Positions 35,365-46,119 of a stretch of DNA of 64,000 nt are shown here, one piece after another (positions within the stretch are counted from its first letter, which is position 1; every line of letters begins with the position of its first letter). A model generated the notes under the pieces. The model saw nothing but the letters and a program-made list of their open reading frames with translations. It was not told the origin of the DNA and searched no databases. The stretch spans positions 96,001-160,000 of the IMG/VR virus record IMGVR_UViG_3300014205_000177; one strand, 5' to 3'. A program made the translations under genes and the position numbers. This DNA comes from a virus (lineage: Duplodnaviria > Caudoviricetes).

Positions 35365-35376
35365 ATTTCTTCTCCT

Positions 35377-35697
35377 TTATTTATCCCTTACCTTATAAGG
35401 CGTTTGAATGTCTTTAGTTTCAACTATTATATCAAATTCTTTTTGAATAAAATATTTTGACATAATTGTTGGTACTATTCTCAACTTGTCATTACCGCAC
35501 CTTAAAATTCTGGCACGTAATCCTTTAAATTCTGCTTCGTTAGAGCTGCCATCTTCCCTTACATGAGGAAATCTATTTGAAATAATATTCAGAATTTCCC
35601 CAAAATAAGAATTAAAAAGGGTAGAGATTTCATCTACTAAAAGACTATTATCTCTACCCGTTTGTTTTTCTTCAGCTCCCTTACCTTTATTATCCAT
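35377..35697 (-). CDS. Hypothetical protein
   Basis: 106-aa ORF with SD (AAGGA). Confidence 0.6.
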   Translation of the reverse strand: MDNKGKGAEEKQTGRDNSLLVDEISTLFNSYFGEILNIISNRFPHVREDGSSNEAEFKGLRARILRCGNDKLRIVPTIMSKYFIQKEFDIIVETKDIQTPYKVRDK

Positions 35698-35722
35698 TCC
35701 TTTTATCCTTATTTATTTGCTG

Positions 35723-36628
35723 TTATGCATTCACCGCATTTGGTGTCAATGGAATCCACAAGTCAGATGCAGTATAATTGAACGTATATGTCAAATATCC
35801 GCCAACATTAATACTTTCAGTTTCTTGTGTCTTTGATAGTCCACTTGCCATTACCAACAGTTTAGAAGAGTTAGCAAATGCTACTCCTGGGTCTGTTGCA
35901 TATCCAGTTCTGTTTGAGTGACTGCTTCCTCCAGCAAGTTTTACTCCAATAGAAGTAAGATTACCAGCTGCTGCAATTACAGAAGATTTGTCAAACACTT
36001 CCAAATTGACAGTAATATCAATAGGATATGTTGTAACAAACTGGATTGGGTTAGAACTACGGATGTCCATGATGTTGTTTTTGTTGATATTCGCAGAATA
36101 ATTAATACTTTGAACTCCAGAAGGAAGAATTGAAACACCTTCGGCATTTACAATATTCACTCCTGAGCCATCAGAACCCATTACTACTGCAAATACGGAT
36201 TCTTCTCCGTCTACCAATACATCTGGAGCTTGAGCGGCTGCCACAAGGGCACTGCCAAGACCAGCGGTAAGATATCCGAACTTCAAAGTAGCTGGATTAC
36301 CAGCTTGGAAACCAACAGAACAAGAATTAAGAACATATGACTCTGTACCTACAATCATTTCCTGTTCAGCATGTTTGTATACACCGGTATTAACGGTGGA
36401 CTCAACAGCTTGTTCAGTAAGAATGCAGTCCAAAGACAATTCTGTGGTAATTTGACCACTAGAAAAGTCAACAACCCCACGATAACCTACGGCTTGATGC
36501 GGATTACGAGGAGTATTTCTTGTGATGTTGATTGTCTGAAGAGCATTTCCACCCCACGCTTCTGAATTATTGATTTTATCCATAATACCAGCGTTGAAGT
36601 CAATGCCATGATGTTGAATTACAGACAT
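35723..36628 (-). CDS. Major tail (tube) protein
   Basis: 301 aa; two repeated QT/SIN..NI...R halves typical of tube folds; more GC-rich, like the capsid gene; after the neck genes. Confidence 0.7.
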   Translation of the reverse strand: MSVIQHHGIDFNAGIMDKINNSEAWGGNALQTINITRNTPRNPHQAVGYRGVVDFSSGQITTELSLDCILTEQAVESTVNTGVYKHAEQEMIVGTESYVLNSCSVGFQAGNPATLKFGYLTAGLGSALVAAAQAPDVLVDGEESVFAVVMGSDGSGVNIVNAEGVSILPSGVQSINYSANINKNNIMDIRSSNPIQFVTTYPIDITVNLEVFDKSSVIAAAGNLTSIGVKLAGGSSHSNRTGYATDPGVAFANSSKLLVMASGLSKTQETESINVGGYLTYTFNYTASDLWIPLTPNAVNA

Positions 36629-36766
36629 ATTTACACCTCTTTTTTTGTTTGTTTTTACCCGTTTTGTATCAACGTGATGGGGTTGTCAATACATATTCGG
36701 AACTATTATTTAGCTAATGCTAAATTCCTATTATATAATATGTGTTTAAATATAAAAAAACACAAT

Positions 36767-37513
36767 TTAATATATTATTGTTATAAATCCATCAACTCTA
36801 GCCCTATATTTCATCTTTTTAGAGAATAAAACATCATTAAAAACTTTTCCACTAGGGTTTCCCTTGTCCTTTATGTGGAAAAGAAAATTATCTGATAATG
36901 AAAAATTTGTGTTAATAGTTCCATCATTATTTAAAATCATTCCTGAAGTAAAATCCATTAAAGGCATCCACTCGCATTTTATTAAATATTGTAAACCATT
37001 TTTAATGTTTCTTCTTATATTATCGTTTGAAGCAAATATATCTATATAATATAATATACTCCAAAAATTTTCGTTAGACCCTACTGCATATCCTCTGTAA
37101 GGTTCACTATCTTTAATATCTATTGATATAATTGGAACATTTACACTATCAAAAACTTCATCTTCTGGGAAAGAATCTCTAACCTCTACTGTTAAATATT
37201 TATAATAAATTATTACATTATCTATAGTAGAATTAAATTTAATTTCTTTTGTATAGTAATTTATAGAATAGGATGAAGATGATACTATTACCCCATTGCT
37301 TTTAACTATTACAGATGTCTCTATTTCACCATCTCCATTTATAATAATAATCTTTTCGTTACATATTGAATAAGTTTGATTAATTAATACCCTACCAATA
37401 TTATTTTGACCATCTGAAATGTAACCCATTTTAGGAAGTAAAACATTTTCAATCCAATATATAAATGATTGATTTACATTGTATTCCATGTTTAATTTTA
37501 TTTTTCCATCCAT
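36767..37513 (-). CDS. Putative tail terminator / neck protein
   Basis: PIISI..YYIDIFA..R motif; just before the tail tube. Confidence 0.55.
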   Translation of the reverse strand: MDGKIKLNMEYNVNQSFIYWIENVLLPKMGYISDGQNNIGRVLINQTYSICNEKIIIINGDGEIETSVIVKSNGVIVSSSSYSINYYTKEIKFNSTIDNVIIYYKYLTVEVRDSFPEDEVFDSVNVPIISIDIKDSEPYRGYAVGSNENFWSILYYIDIFASNDNIRRNIKNGLQYLIKCEWMPLMDFTSGMILNNDGTINTNFSLSDNFLFHIKDKGNPSGKVFNDVLFSKKMKYRARVDGFITIIY

Positions 37514-37515
37514 AA

Positions 37516-38196
37516 TCAACCCTTAGTAAAAATTTTTATAAATGCTGTATTTATTACCTTTTGAAAAAAATCTCTATTTAGTTTTACATCTTTAATAATC
37601 AAATTTTGCATTGTTGTTAAATATCTTTGAGGAACTATTCCCTTATGTGGTTTTAGATGAAATCTACTCCAAAATTCACTTGTTATATCTACCATATAAC
37701 CTTCTCCAAATCTTCCTGATAAAAATAAATTATCACCAAATATTTTTTCCAACAAAGACCTATTAACAAATCCTTTAACTGAACTCCCACCTACTCTCAT
37801 TCCTGGTGCTCCTATTTCATGAAGAATCCACCATCCATGACCTGTATTAGAATCACCATGCATTGGTAGAAGGTTATCAAGCATTGATAAATCCATGATA
37901 TTAAACATACCTATATTTCCATTTTCATAGAATTTACTAGCATTTATTGCTAATTCATAAGCTGATTTTAAAGTAACCTCTTCTGGGTGCTGTTCTTTCC
38001 ATACTTCATCAAAATCTTTTTGCGCTACATTATTTATCATTTGCTCCATTCTATATTTACATAGAGCTCCAAAATGATAATAAAACGATTTTCTTATCTC
38101 TAACTTTATTTTAGCTGGAGTTAATTTTAATATTTCATCTTTAGTTATCTTTTTAATGAGAGTACCATTTTTATATAAAGTCATAACTAATTTCAT
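37516..38196 (-). CDS. Putative neck / tail-completion protein
   Basis: WWILHEIGA..HKGIVPQRY pattern and position resemble HK97 gp10-like genes. Confidence 0.45.
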   Translation of the reverse strand: MKLVMTLYKNGTLIKKITKDEILKLTPAKIKLEIRKSFYYHFGALCKYRMEQMINNVAQKDFDEVWKEQHPEEVTLKSAYELAINASKFYENGNIGMFNIMDLSMLDNLLPMHGDSNTGHGWWILHEIGAPGMRVGGSSVKGFVNRSLLEKIFGDNLFLSGRFGEGYMVDITSEFWSRFHLKPHKGIVPQRYLTTMQNLIIKDVKLNRDFFQKVINTAFIKIFTKG

Positions 38197-38197
38197 T

Positions 38198-38689
38198 TTA
38201 ATCCTCGTTTATTGTTGTATATCCAATAGCTACAACATCGTCTTTCAAACCTCTCCTTATTATAGACATTAAAGACGTTTGATTACCATCTATAATTATT
38301 TTTTTTGCAGATTTTATATCGTTATAATTAGCAACTAAAGTCTTTATTCTAAAAAAACCTATATTTATTAAACCAGCTGGAACAAATTCTTTCTGTCTTG
38401 ATTTTGAATCTGGCTCAATCCATTTAGCTACTGCCTGGATTGTTTTTTGTGTTTCTATTATTATTTTACCTCTACCGTTACATACTGGGCAAATAGCACC
38501 TGTAAAAGATGATGGACCAGTTCCATTGTATTGACCAGAACTACTCTTATTTTTGTGGTCATAAAAACAATTATTACAAAAACCACCATCCTCTTCATTA
38601 ACTAATATTATACTTTTACTTAAATCTCTGATTAAAGCTTCTGTATACTTCTTATAAAGTTTAACATGTTTTTGTTTTATTAATGACAT
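38198..38689 (-). CDS. Putative head closure (stopper) protein with Zn finger
   Basis: CNNC..CPVCNGRG; position after the adaptor. Confidence 0.5.
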   Translation of the reverse strand: MSLIKQKHVKLYKKYTEALIRDLSKSIILVNEEDGGFCNNCFYDHKNKSSSGQYNGTGPSSFTGAICPVCNGRGKIIIETQKTIQAVAKWIEPDSKSRQKEFVPAGLINIGFFRIKTLVANYNDIKSAKKIIIDGNQTSLMSIIRRGLKDDVVAIGYTTINED

Positions 38690-38691
38690 TA

Positions 38692-39321
38692 TTATTCTGC
38701 AAAGCAGACTCCTGAAAATTTATTTGTTTTTACGGTCTTTAATAATTCATTCCATTCTTTAAGAACTGTAGAATAACCTTTAATAGCTTCTGATGATGCA
38801 ACTGAAGTATTAATTACAGTATCACCGTCTCTAATCATAATAGCATCTCCAGTACTAGATAAAAGATTAATACCTGATAAATTAATAACACTACCTCTTA
38901 CAAATAATGATATAATGTTTTTGTCAATTACTTGTTCTGTAACTGTTGGTTTTGTTTCATCAGAACCAAATTCGAAATCTTTATTTAAAAGAGGTTCTAC
39001 TACATTAGATATTGTATCACCTATTATTGCCAAAATATCTTCATCGCTATATTTAACTATTGAATATTTAATAGATACTGAAGAACCAGCATCTATCATA
39101 TACACCATCTTTATAATATTTTTATCTACTTCATAAAAATCAGGAGATACCATTCCTTCATCTATTATAAGTTCATCTTCATATATTGTAGCATATCCCT
39201 CTTCCTCAAGGGTTATATAAAAAGAACTTTTTGGGAATGACTCTGTTTCCTCTAAAACTGTTACAGGATTATCGTCTATGCTTCTTCTAACTTGACTTAT
39301 TAGTGTAGAATAATCAAACAT
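38692..39321 (-). CDS. Putative head-tail adaptor
   Basis: LISQVRRSIDD..YSDEDI motif; start moved to ATG 39321 with SD AGGAG. Confidence 0.55.
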   Translation of the reverse strand: MFDYSTLISQVRRSIDDNPVTVLEETESFPKSSFYITLEEEGYATIYEDELIIDEGMVSPDFYEVDKNIIKMVYMIDAGSSVSIKYSIVKYSDEDILAIIGDTISNVVEPLLNKDFEFGSDETKPTVTEQVIDKNIISLFVRGSVINLSGINLLSSTGDAIMIRDGDTVINTSVASSEAIKGYSTVLKEWNELLKTVKTNKFSGVCFAE

Positions 39322-40036
39322 TTTTATTACTCCTATGTTCGCATCCATGAACTTTACAGTCTGGACTACATTTTATTCCAAGATATGAAACCTTATTTAA
39401 TTCTCCATTTATTTGTTTGATAGCTTTTTCGGCAGATATTAAAGAAATATCATTAATTCCAGCTATAAAGTCTAGAATAGCTATACTCTTCTCCATATTA
39501 TTTTCATATATTCTATTAGAATTACAAACATCAGTTATAAATGTAACAATATTTTCTCCAGAATCTTGACAAAAGTTTTGATATTTTTCTATTGCTATTT
39601 GTGGAATACCAGAATTATTCCATTCTGAAGTTGTTTCTTTATCCATATTTAATATTTTATTTTCCCAATAATCTTTAAGCTCTACATTATTTAAATTTAA
39701 TATTTCTTCATTTTTAATATCTTTTAAGTGTTCAATTCTTTTTTTAAGTTTTATTTTTATAATATCTGTAAATATTTTATATCTTAATGGGCATGATATT
39801 CTTAATCTATCAACTCTAAAATTAACCATTACATCAATCTTATGAAAAATTATAGAATCAGATATTTCTAATTTTGTATTTGAAAATTTAAACAATTTGA
39901 TAATATTTTCATAATTTACTCTTACAATTTCAAATATTAAATATAAAAAAATTGTAATTATTAAAATTAAAAACAAACCACCAATGCCGAATTTATCAAA
40001 TACATATTTAAAATTATCTATAATAAAATTTTCCAT
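39314..40036 (-). CDS. Membrane-anchored hypothetical protein (possible holin/lysis function)
   Basis: Single N-terminal hydrophobic helix FGIGGLFLILIITIFLYLIF. Confidence 0.45.
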   Translation of the reverse strand: MENFIIDNFKYVFDKFGIGGLFLILIITIFLYLIFEIVRVNYENIIKLFKFSNTKLEISDSIIFHKIDVMVNFRVDRLRISCPLRYKIFTDIIKIKLKKRIEHLKDIKNEEILNLNNVELKDYWENKILNMDKETTSEWNNSGIPQIAIEKYQNFCQDSGENIVTFITDVCNSNRIYENNMEKSIAILDFIAGINDISLISAEKAIKQINGELNKVSYLGIKCSPDCKVHGCEHRSNKNV

Positions 40037-40052
40037 ATTTTTCTCCGTTTTT

Positions 40053-40100
40053 AAAAAAATAATCCCCTCTTTGTCCTAATTATAAGACCAAGAGAGGATT
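40053..40100 (-). terminator. Intrinsic terminator after the head operon
   Basis: Minus strand AATCCTCTCTTGGTC..GACAAAGAGGGGATT followed by ATTTTTTT. Confidence 0.65.
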
Positions 40101-40116
40101 TAATGCGCATTTACGA

Positions 40117-40683
40117 TTAAGCTCTAATTTGCAATTCTCTTTCTGCAATTATTTTTTTTGAAGAATCTGCTGAACTAAATTTCATTTTTACGAATTCAGA
40201 AAGAACTTCTTTTGAAGCTTTCTTTATTCTTAACTCTATTATTCCAAATGGAGCTTTCATTAATTCATCAGCAGTGATTTTCCCTATATTATTTCCAAGA
40301 ATCTTTTGTTGTGCATTCACAGCAGCTATCCTGCTTTTTTTTAGTAGTTCATTTGTTGCTAATTCTTTTGCGGTCATTCTATCTTCAGTAGATACTGTTA
40401 ATGAACTTATAATATCATATCCAAGTTTCTTATCACAAGTGCAAGATTTTGCTCCAATATGTTTCTTATAACCACCTATACTTCCTAAAACTTTTAAACA
40501 TGAATTACAACGATACTTTCTAGGTGAAGATTCTTGTTTCTTTTTCCATGCAGAAGCAAGTTCTCTAGCTTTAATCATAGCTTTTTCAAAGCCTTCTCTC
40601 AGCTTTTCTGACGTATCAGAAGAAACCAATACCTCGTTGTTTGAGGTATTGGTTGTAGTTTCTCTTTGTATTCTTTCATCCAT
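40117..40683 (-). CDS. Hypothetical protein with Zn-finger-like motif
   Basis: CNSC..H..C motif; follows the capsid gene. Confidence 0.6.
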   Translation of the reverse strand: MDERIQRETTTNTSNNEVLVSSDTSEKLREGFEKAMIKARELASAWKKKQESSPRKYRCNSCLKVLGSIGGYKKHIGAKSCTCDKKLGYDIISSLTVSTEDRMTAKELATNELLKKSRIAAVNAQQKILGNNIGKITADELMKAPFGIIELRIKKASKEVLSEFVKMKFSSADSSKKIIAERELQIRA

Positions 40684-40724
40684 TTTTCCTGTTTCCTTTT
40701 ATTTAACCTTTTCCGAATTTAAGA

Positions 40725-41606
40725 TTAGGCTGTGAATGTTACTTCAATCAAACCTTTTTCGTCGAGTACTGCGAATCCAAGAATTTCTCTAGCCATGATA
40801 CCCACTTTCCAGCTCATGATAGAAAGAGGATTGTCAAAAGTAGTAAGATTCTTACGAATTGGCATTACACCATAAGTTACACCATCACGCTGACCGAAAG
40901 CATAAGCTTTGTCATTGCTAACTAAAGCAGGATTATATACCTTATGGATATTTACACCCCAAACATTTGTCAATCCAGATTGATTGAATGCATTATCTTT
41001 CATATTTTGTGAATATGTAGAGCTTTCAACCCAACTTCTCATATCTGAGAATCTGGAAGGAGAAACATATAAGTCTGTAATTTTTCTGCGAAGAACATCA
41101 CCGGCTGTAACCAATTTGTTAAAAGCAGATACGTTAAGACCAGTATCGGATACCTTTTGAGATGCATCAAGAGTAGCTGCATGAGTATGGATTAAAGTCC
41201 AACCTGCAAGTTCTTCTTGGTCAATCACTTTATTTTTCAAAAGGGTAGTAGCTCTTTCAGCAACGTTAAAACGTCCTTGTTCTGCTACATCCATTTGATA
41301 TTCTACAGCTGCTTCAAGACCAAAGGTAGAAACCGAAATTTCTGTACCTTCTACTTGAATCTGTGGGATACCCCCAATTTTAGGCATTACCCATGCACAA
41401 TTCACGTCGTCAAACGGAATGTCATAAGTAGGTTGCGCACCAACCGGAAGTTGTTCAGGAGCAAAAATGCTTCTGATTGTTGATTGAGTATCGAGCAATG
41501 GAAGAATTACCATAGCACGAGACTGAGCAAATTCGCTTCTGCGAACAGGGTCACTTGCAGTTTGTTGAAACAAAGCAACCTTTTCATCGTAAGTCAATGT
41601 ATTCAT
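40725..41606 (-). CDS. Major capsid protein (HK97 fold likely)
   Basis: 293 aa; STIRSIF..PTYDIP, LYVSPSRFSDMRSW, GIMAREILGFAVLD; strong SD GGAGG; after scaffold and decoration genes. Confidence 0.85.
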   Translation of the reverse strand: MNTLTYDEKVALFQQTASDPVRRSEFAQSRAMVILPLLDTQSTIRSIFAPEQLPVGAQPTYDIPFDDVNCAWVMPKIGGIPQIQVEGTEISVSTFGLEAAVEYQMDVAEQGRFNVAERATTLLKNKVIDQEELAGWTLIHTHAATLDASQKVSDTGLNVSAFNKLVTAGDVLRRKITDLYVSPSRFSDMRSWVESSTYSQNMKDNAFNQSGLTNVWGVNIHKVYNPALVSNDKAYAFGQRDGVTYGVMPIRKNLTTFDNPLSIMSWKVGIMAREILGFAVLDEKGLIEVTFTA

Positions 41607-41617
41607 TTTTACCTCCT

Positions 41618-42109
41618 TTATACTAATGAGAAGTCAACTCTTACACGAATATAAGAATCGCCATCTGTACCAGAGGTTTCAGCTACACCGACCGATTTAT
41701 CAGAACCCGTTTGAAAAGCTACTAGGTAGCCGCTAGGTCCAGGATAAAGCTCATCATGTTCGTTGATTTCACCAGCATAGTTAAGTGTTTCTACCCAACC
41801 TGCTCCAGTGATTACACCAACGGCATCTCCAATTCTGGCTTTTGTATTGTTGAAGAATTCATATCCTGCAAGCTCTCCTAAAACACTTGGGTCATAGGTT
41901 TGCTGTGCAAGAAATCCGAGACATCCTGCTGATGAACTACCAGGTACAGCAACTTTTACAGTTTCTGACTTAGCTGTGTCAATCACTACAGGAGCACCCT
42001 CTCTTGCCACTTCGTCGCATTTATAGAATGGGGCTACTATAACACCAAAAGTTGTCATAATACCTTTTCTATAGCGAGAAGGACGTTGGAACGGAATATT
42101 AGGAACCAT
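41618..42109 (-). CDS. Putative capsid decoration/cement protein
   Basis: 163 aa between scaffold and capsid; LGFLAQ..GDAVGV..LYPGPSGYL..VG pattern. Confidence 0.65.
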   Translation of the reverse strand: MVPNIPFQRPSRYRKGIMTTFGVIVAPFYKCDEVAREGAPVVIDTAKSETVKVAVPGSSSAGCLGFLAQQTYDPSVLGELAGYEFFNNTKARIGDAVGVITGAGWVETLNYAGEINEHDELYPGPSGYLVAFQTGSDKSVGVAETSGTDGDSYIRVRVDFSLV

Positions 42110-42124
42110 AGTTACCTCCTATTT

Positions 42125-43009
42125 TTATATTGAAGCGTAGGCTTTCACCATATCAGCATCAACTTTTACTCCATCAGAAGCAGCTGCAACTGACCTTGCA
42201 AAAATATCTCCCATACCTTTAACAGCTGGTGTAGAAGCAATTGCTTTCTTAACTTTTTCATCAGCTTGTTGTTCAGCAGTTTGAATCTTCGTAGATGCGG
42301 TTGTGCTTTCAACTTCTTCTTTTGTTGTTGGTTCTTTCTTGCTTGCGATTGCTGAAAGTTCTGCAACATAAGAATCAAAATCTTCTTTTTTCATTGCTGT
42401 AACTTTTTCAACTTGTTTTACTCGCAAGTCACCTTCAGGCATAAGAATATTTGCTTGAGTAAGAACTTCAGTTCTTTCAGCAACAGTCTTTTCTGCCACA
42501 ATTTGGTCAATTTGTTTCTGCAACGTGCTGGCCTGCGTTAATGCTGTTTCCCTTTCAGAAGCAAGAGTTTGGTTCTGTGTCTTTAGTGTTTCCACTTCAG
42601 CTTTCACAGTTTCAAGTTCTGAGGAAACGTTAGCAGTGCTTGCCTTAGCGTCTGACAGTTCTTTTTCGAGAGTGGCACTTGAAGCTTGCATAGTTGCAAT
42701 TTCTGCATCTTTGTCCGAAATCTTTTTAGCAATAGATGCTTCTGCATCTTTTTGTTTCAAAATTTCAGATACTTCAGCCTTGACCTGCTCTCTTAATTCT
42801 TTTTCGTCAGCCATAGCTTTTCCTCCGTTTTTGGTTTGTTCTTGCTCTGATGCAGAAATAGTATTCTTTTCACGACCCCCATCGTCAATTACAGAAACTT
42901 TTTCGTTTGCAGAGCTATTTGAGCTGGCTTCAGCCTTTAAAAAAACATTTCTAAATTCTTCAGAAACATTTTCATCAAGATTTATTCCAGTTTCACCCTT
43001 ATTTTTCAT
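42125..43009 (-). CDS. Putative capsid scaffolding protein
   Basis: Long Ala/Glu/Lys coiled coil between protease and capsid genes. Confidence 0.7.
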   Translation of the reverse strand: MKNKGETGINLDENVSEEFRNVFLKAEASSNSSANEKVSVIDDGGREKNTISASEQEQTKNGGKAMADEKELREQVKAEVSEILKQKDAEASIAKKISDKDAEIATMQASSATLEKELSDAKASTANVSSELETVKAEVETLKTQNQTLASERETALTQASTLQKQIDQIVAEKTVAERTEVLTQANILMPEGDLRVKQVEKVTAMKKEDFDSYVAELSAIASKKEPTTKEEVESTTASTKIQTAEQQADEKVKKAIASTPAVKGMGDIFARSVAAASDGVKVDADMVKAYASI

Positions 43010-43877
43010 TTACTACCTCCATTGAAGCTACTAATCTTTCTATTTCTTCATGTTCTTTAATATATAATTCGTTTGGATTATATTTTTGTAAAATGTGCAA
43101 TTCATTATGTCTTGCTATTAACTTTTCTCTTGCTGTAACAAAACAAGAATATTCATTAGCTGGATTTGTTGTAGCCCCAACTCCACCAAATAATAATCCA
43201 TTTAAAACTCTTGACACTCTTCTTCCTTTTACTTTTTCTCCAGCATTCCATTGTGATAAATACTTTTCTTTATTGCTATCTGTTGATTTTATAATTTCTT
43301 CACCAACCATAAAATCAAATCCTTTATACCAACATTCCATACTAACAGATATTTTTCCATCTTCAGTCATTTGTAATAAATCTGTTATTGTATTTGGAAA
43401 ATAAAAAGAATATAAAACTGCTCCGCATACCATATCTAGACTATCTTCAACTTTTCTTTTTGGGTCATCTGTAGTATCAAGTTTTGATATTTCATCTTCT
43501 GAAAGTATTGTCCCATCTTTTTTAGCTAAAGCAGAATGAACCATATGTCCAATAATAGTATTCTGATTTTGATTATATAATGGTGATGTTATATAGCTTG
43601 ATACTTCTTTAAGTTTATGTTCTACGTTAAAAGGTTTATATATAGGACTATTTCTTGATGCCAATAATTGACTTCTTGAAAAATAATCTCCATTTTTATT
43701 CTCATGTTCTGATGCTAATACAAATATTCTATAAGATAAATCAGGAACATCTATAGGTGAAAAAAGATTAACGGCTCCTTTTATTTTTTTAATACTAGCT
43801 TTAGCATTTTTAAAATAATCACTTTTTTCAGGAACCATAGTTGCTGTGACAATAGTTTTTTCGTAGTCTTTATGCAT
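42999..43877 (-). CDS. Putative prohead protease
   Basis: NKNGDYF..KPFNVEH..IIGH..VSMEC..FGGVGATTNPA motifs; after the portal. Confidence 0.7.
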   Translation of the reverse strand: MHKDYEKTIVTATMVPEKSDYFKNAKASIKKIKGAVNLFSPIDVPDLSYRIFVLASEHENKNGDYFSRSQLLASRNSPIYKPFNVEHKLKEVSSYITSPLYNQNQNTIIGHMVHSALAKKDGTILSEDEISKLDTTDDPKRKVEDSLDMVCGAVLYSFYFPNTITDLLQMTEDGKISVSMECWYKGFDFMVGEEIIKSTDSNKEKYLSQWNAGEKVKGRRVSRVLNGLLFGGVGATTNPANEYSCFVTAREKLIARHNELHILQKYNPNELYIKEHEEIERLVASMEVVNEK

Positions 43878-43878
43878 A

Positions 43879-44154
43879 TTATATTTTTGCGAAATCCCTA
43901 AGTGTTGGTTCTTTTACATTTGCCTCTGGCTTGCCTTCTATAAAACTTGCTGTTGATGGTTGATAAGAAAAATTTGTGACAGAACTAAATCCATCTTTAT
44001 CTTTATTATTTATAGAATAATTAAAACAAAGGTCTCTTCCACATGATTCGTATTCATAATAATACACATTAACAGACTTAAGATTCTTTATTTTAGCACC
44101 ATCAATTGTTAAAGATGCATCTTCTCCATCAATTGTAATAACGATTTTTGCCAT
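43879..44154 (-). CDS. Hypothetical protein
   Basis: 91-aa ORF with SD GGAG. Confidence 0.6.
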   Translation of the reverse strand: MAKIVITIDGEDASLTIDGAKIKNLKSVNVYYYEYESCGRDLCFNYSINNKDKDGFSSVTNFSYQPSTASFIEGKPEANVKEPTLRDFAKI

Positions 44155-44262
44155 TTTTTAATATCTCCACGTTTAGTTATTCAGCTTATTATATATTTAC
44201 ACAACAGAATTAAACACTTTTTAAAATATATTTTCAATTTTTTTTTTTAATATTTTTAAATT

Positions 44263-46110
44263 TTATAAAGATAATGAATCTATAACCATAGAAACAACAT
44301 TTATTAAATCTTTATTTCCTGTTATTCTCATGTAATCAGAAGAAGCAGATATTATTTTAACCATAGCTATAGAGCTTTCTTTTTCATCTTGTATATTTTC
44401 CTTAACATAATCTTCTAATATGGAAGACACTTCTTGAATTTGTTTTTTAGAAGTTGCGCTTTCGTATCCTGAATCTATACATTTCTTTATAAAACTTTCA
44501 CTTGATATTGATTTTGTTTTAGAAGGAGACTTTGGTTTATCTTTAGCTTTTGGTCTATTTCCCTCTTTAATAGGACTACTTGGTCTACCTTCTTGTTTAC
44601 TTGGAGTAGAATTAGAAGCTTGTTGAGTAGGTGCAACTTGAGGTTTAAGTATTTCTTCTTTATCTCTAATTTTCTTTTCTCTTCTAAGTCTATCAAGTTC
44701 TTTTGGGAAATAGAACCCTATTGTTTCTATAGCTGTTTCATAAGAAATTATTTGACGGTCAACCATCTGCATAATTACGCCTATAAAAGCATTCTCATCT
44801 TTAAGATTTAATTTACCAAAACCTGATTCTGGTATTTTATCTATACCAATTACATTGCAAATATTTTCAAGTTCACCATCAAACCAATCACAAAATGATG
44901 TTTGAGCATTATCTAATTTTTCTATTAGTCCTTTCATATTTAATACATTATTGCCAGTATTTCCGCTATTTTCTCCAATTAGAGCTTGAGCAATACCAAA
45001 ACATGATAATATTTCTGAATTTACTAAATTATACTTTTCTGCATTTAGTGTATCAAGAGTTGGTTCTATATATTCTATATTAAGAGTATGATTCCAAAAT
45101 ATTGTAAGGTTTTTACTTGGGTTTTTAAAAGCAGTAGCAAGTGTTTTAAGTTCTTTATTATCTGTAACTGGAAATTGGTCTGAACCTATTGTAACTTTTA
45201 ATATTCTATTCTTAACTCCTCTCACAGTAGCTTTGTCCATCTCTCTTATTTCTTGTTTAAAGTCAAGAGAATCAAAACAATGAGAAACAGTAGGATTAGC
45301 CCAAGATTCATATGGTTGTTTTTCTTTATATATTATATCAAATAAATAATTTGGTATTTCAACTTCGTAATCTCCATTTAATGCTTTAGATTTAATTTCT
45401 TCTGGTATCATACCAAAAACATTATTACCTAAATCCATCATTTTTTTAAATTCTGAAGAAACAACCATTGAATAATAAGCATTTGAATTTTTAGAAAAAG
45501 TATTTATTCTTACATTTAGTGGATTTAATAATGTATAAAAAGCTGGAATACTATTATTTTTAAATTTATCTCTCAATAAAATTTTTTGTTCTGCTGTTAA
45601 ATTTTTATAATTTTTAATTTCTGACAATATAGTATTACTATTTTTTGCTACTATAGATGATTTTTTATTATTTATTTCTTTTGGAATATATGGAATCATT
45701 GATTTTAATATAGGAACATTTCCTGAACGAAAATATTCTAAAAAGAAATATTTAAGAAATTCATTACCTCTTATGTCTTTCCACCATGTTTTGATAACTA
45801 ATTCAGATTCTTTATCTTCACATGAAATTTTAAAATTATCATTTGCGAGTTGAGATAACATTGACACACATTGATAAACAATAGCATCTTTATTATAATA
45901 AAAAACCGCTTTTCTAATATTTTGTTTATATTCACTTTCTGTTTGAGAAGAAGTAATTGCATAATTTTTTGCAGTTTGTTCTCCTTGGTAAGTATATTCT
46001 CTATTATCAAAAGAACCAGTAGCCAACGACATAAAAAATGAGGTTGAACCATCTGGATTTTTTACAAACGGAATATCCCCAGTATCTCTTTTTTCAGTTA
46101 TATTTTTCAT
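44263..46110 (-). CDS. Portal protein
   Basis: 615 aa directly after the terminase; EYFRSGNV, LNPLNV, ILKVTIG, ISYETA; low-complexity C-terminus with GRP. Confidence 0.8.
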   Translation of the reverse strand: MKNITEKRDTGDIPFVKNPDGSTSFFMSLATGSFDNREYTYQGEQTAKNYAITSSQTESEYKQNIRKAVFYYNKDAIVYQCVSMLSQLANDNFKISCEDKESELVIKTWWKDIRGNEFLKYFFLEYFRSGNVPILKSMIPYIPKEINNKKSSIVAKNSNTILSEIKNYKNLTAEQKILLRDKFKNNSIPAFYTLLNPLNVRINTFSKNSNAYYSMVVSSEFKKMMDLGNNVFGMIPEEIKSKALNGDYEVEIPNYLFDIIYKEKQPYESWANPTVSHCFDSLDFKQEIREMDKATVRGVKNRILKVTIGSDQFPVTDNKELKTLATAFKNPSKNLTIFWNHTLNIEYIEPTLDTLNAEKYNLVNSEILSCFGIAQALIGENSGNTGNNVLNMKGLIEKLDNAQTSFCDWFDGELENICNVIGIDKIPESGFGKLNLKDENAFIGVIMQMVDRQIISYETAIETIGFYFPKELDRLRREKKIRDKEEILKPQVAPTQQASNSTPSKQEGRPSSPIKEGNRPKAKDKPKSPSKTKSISSESFIKKCIDSGYESATSKKQIQEVSSILEDYVKENIQDEKESSIAMVKIISASSDYMRITGNKDLINVVSMVIDSLSL

Positions 46111-46119
46111 ATTTATGGA

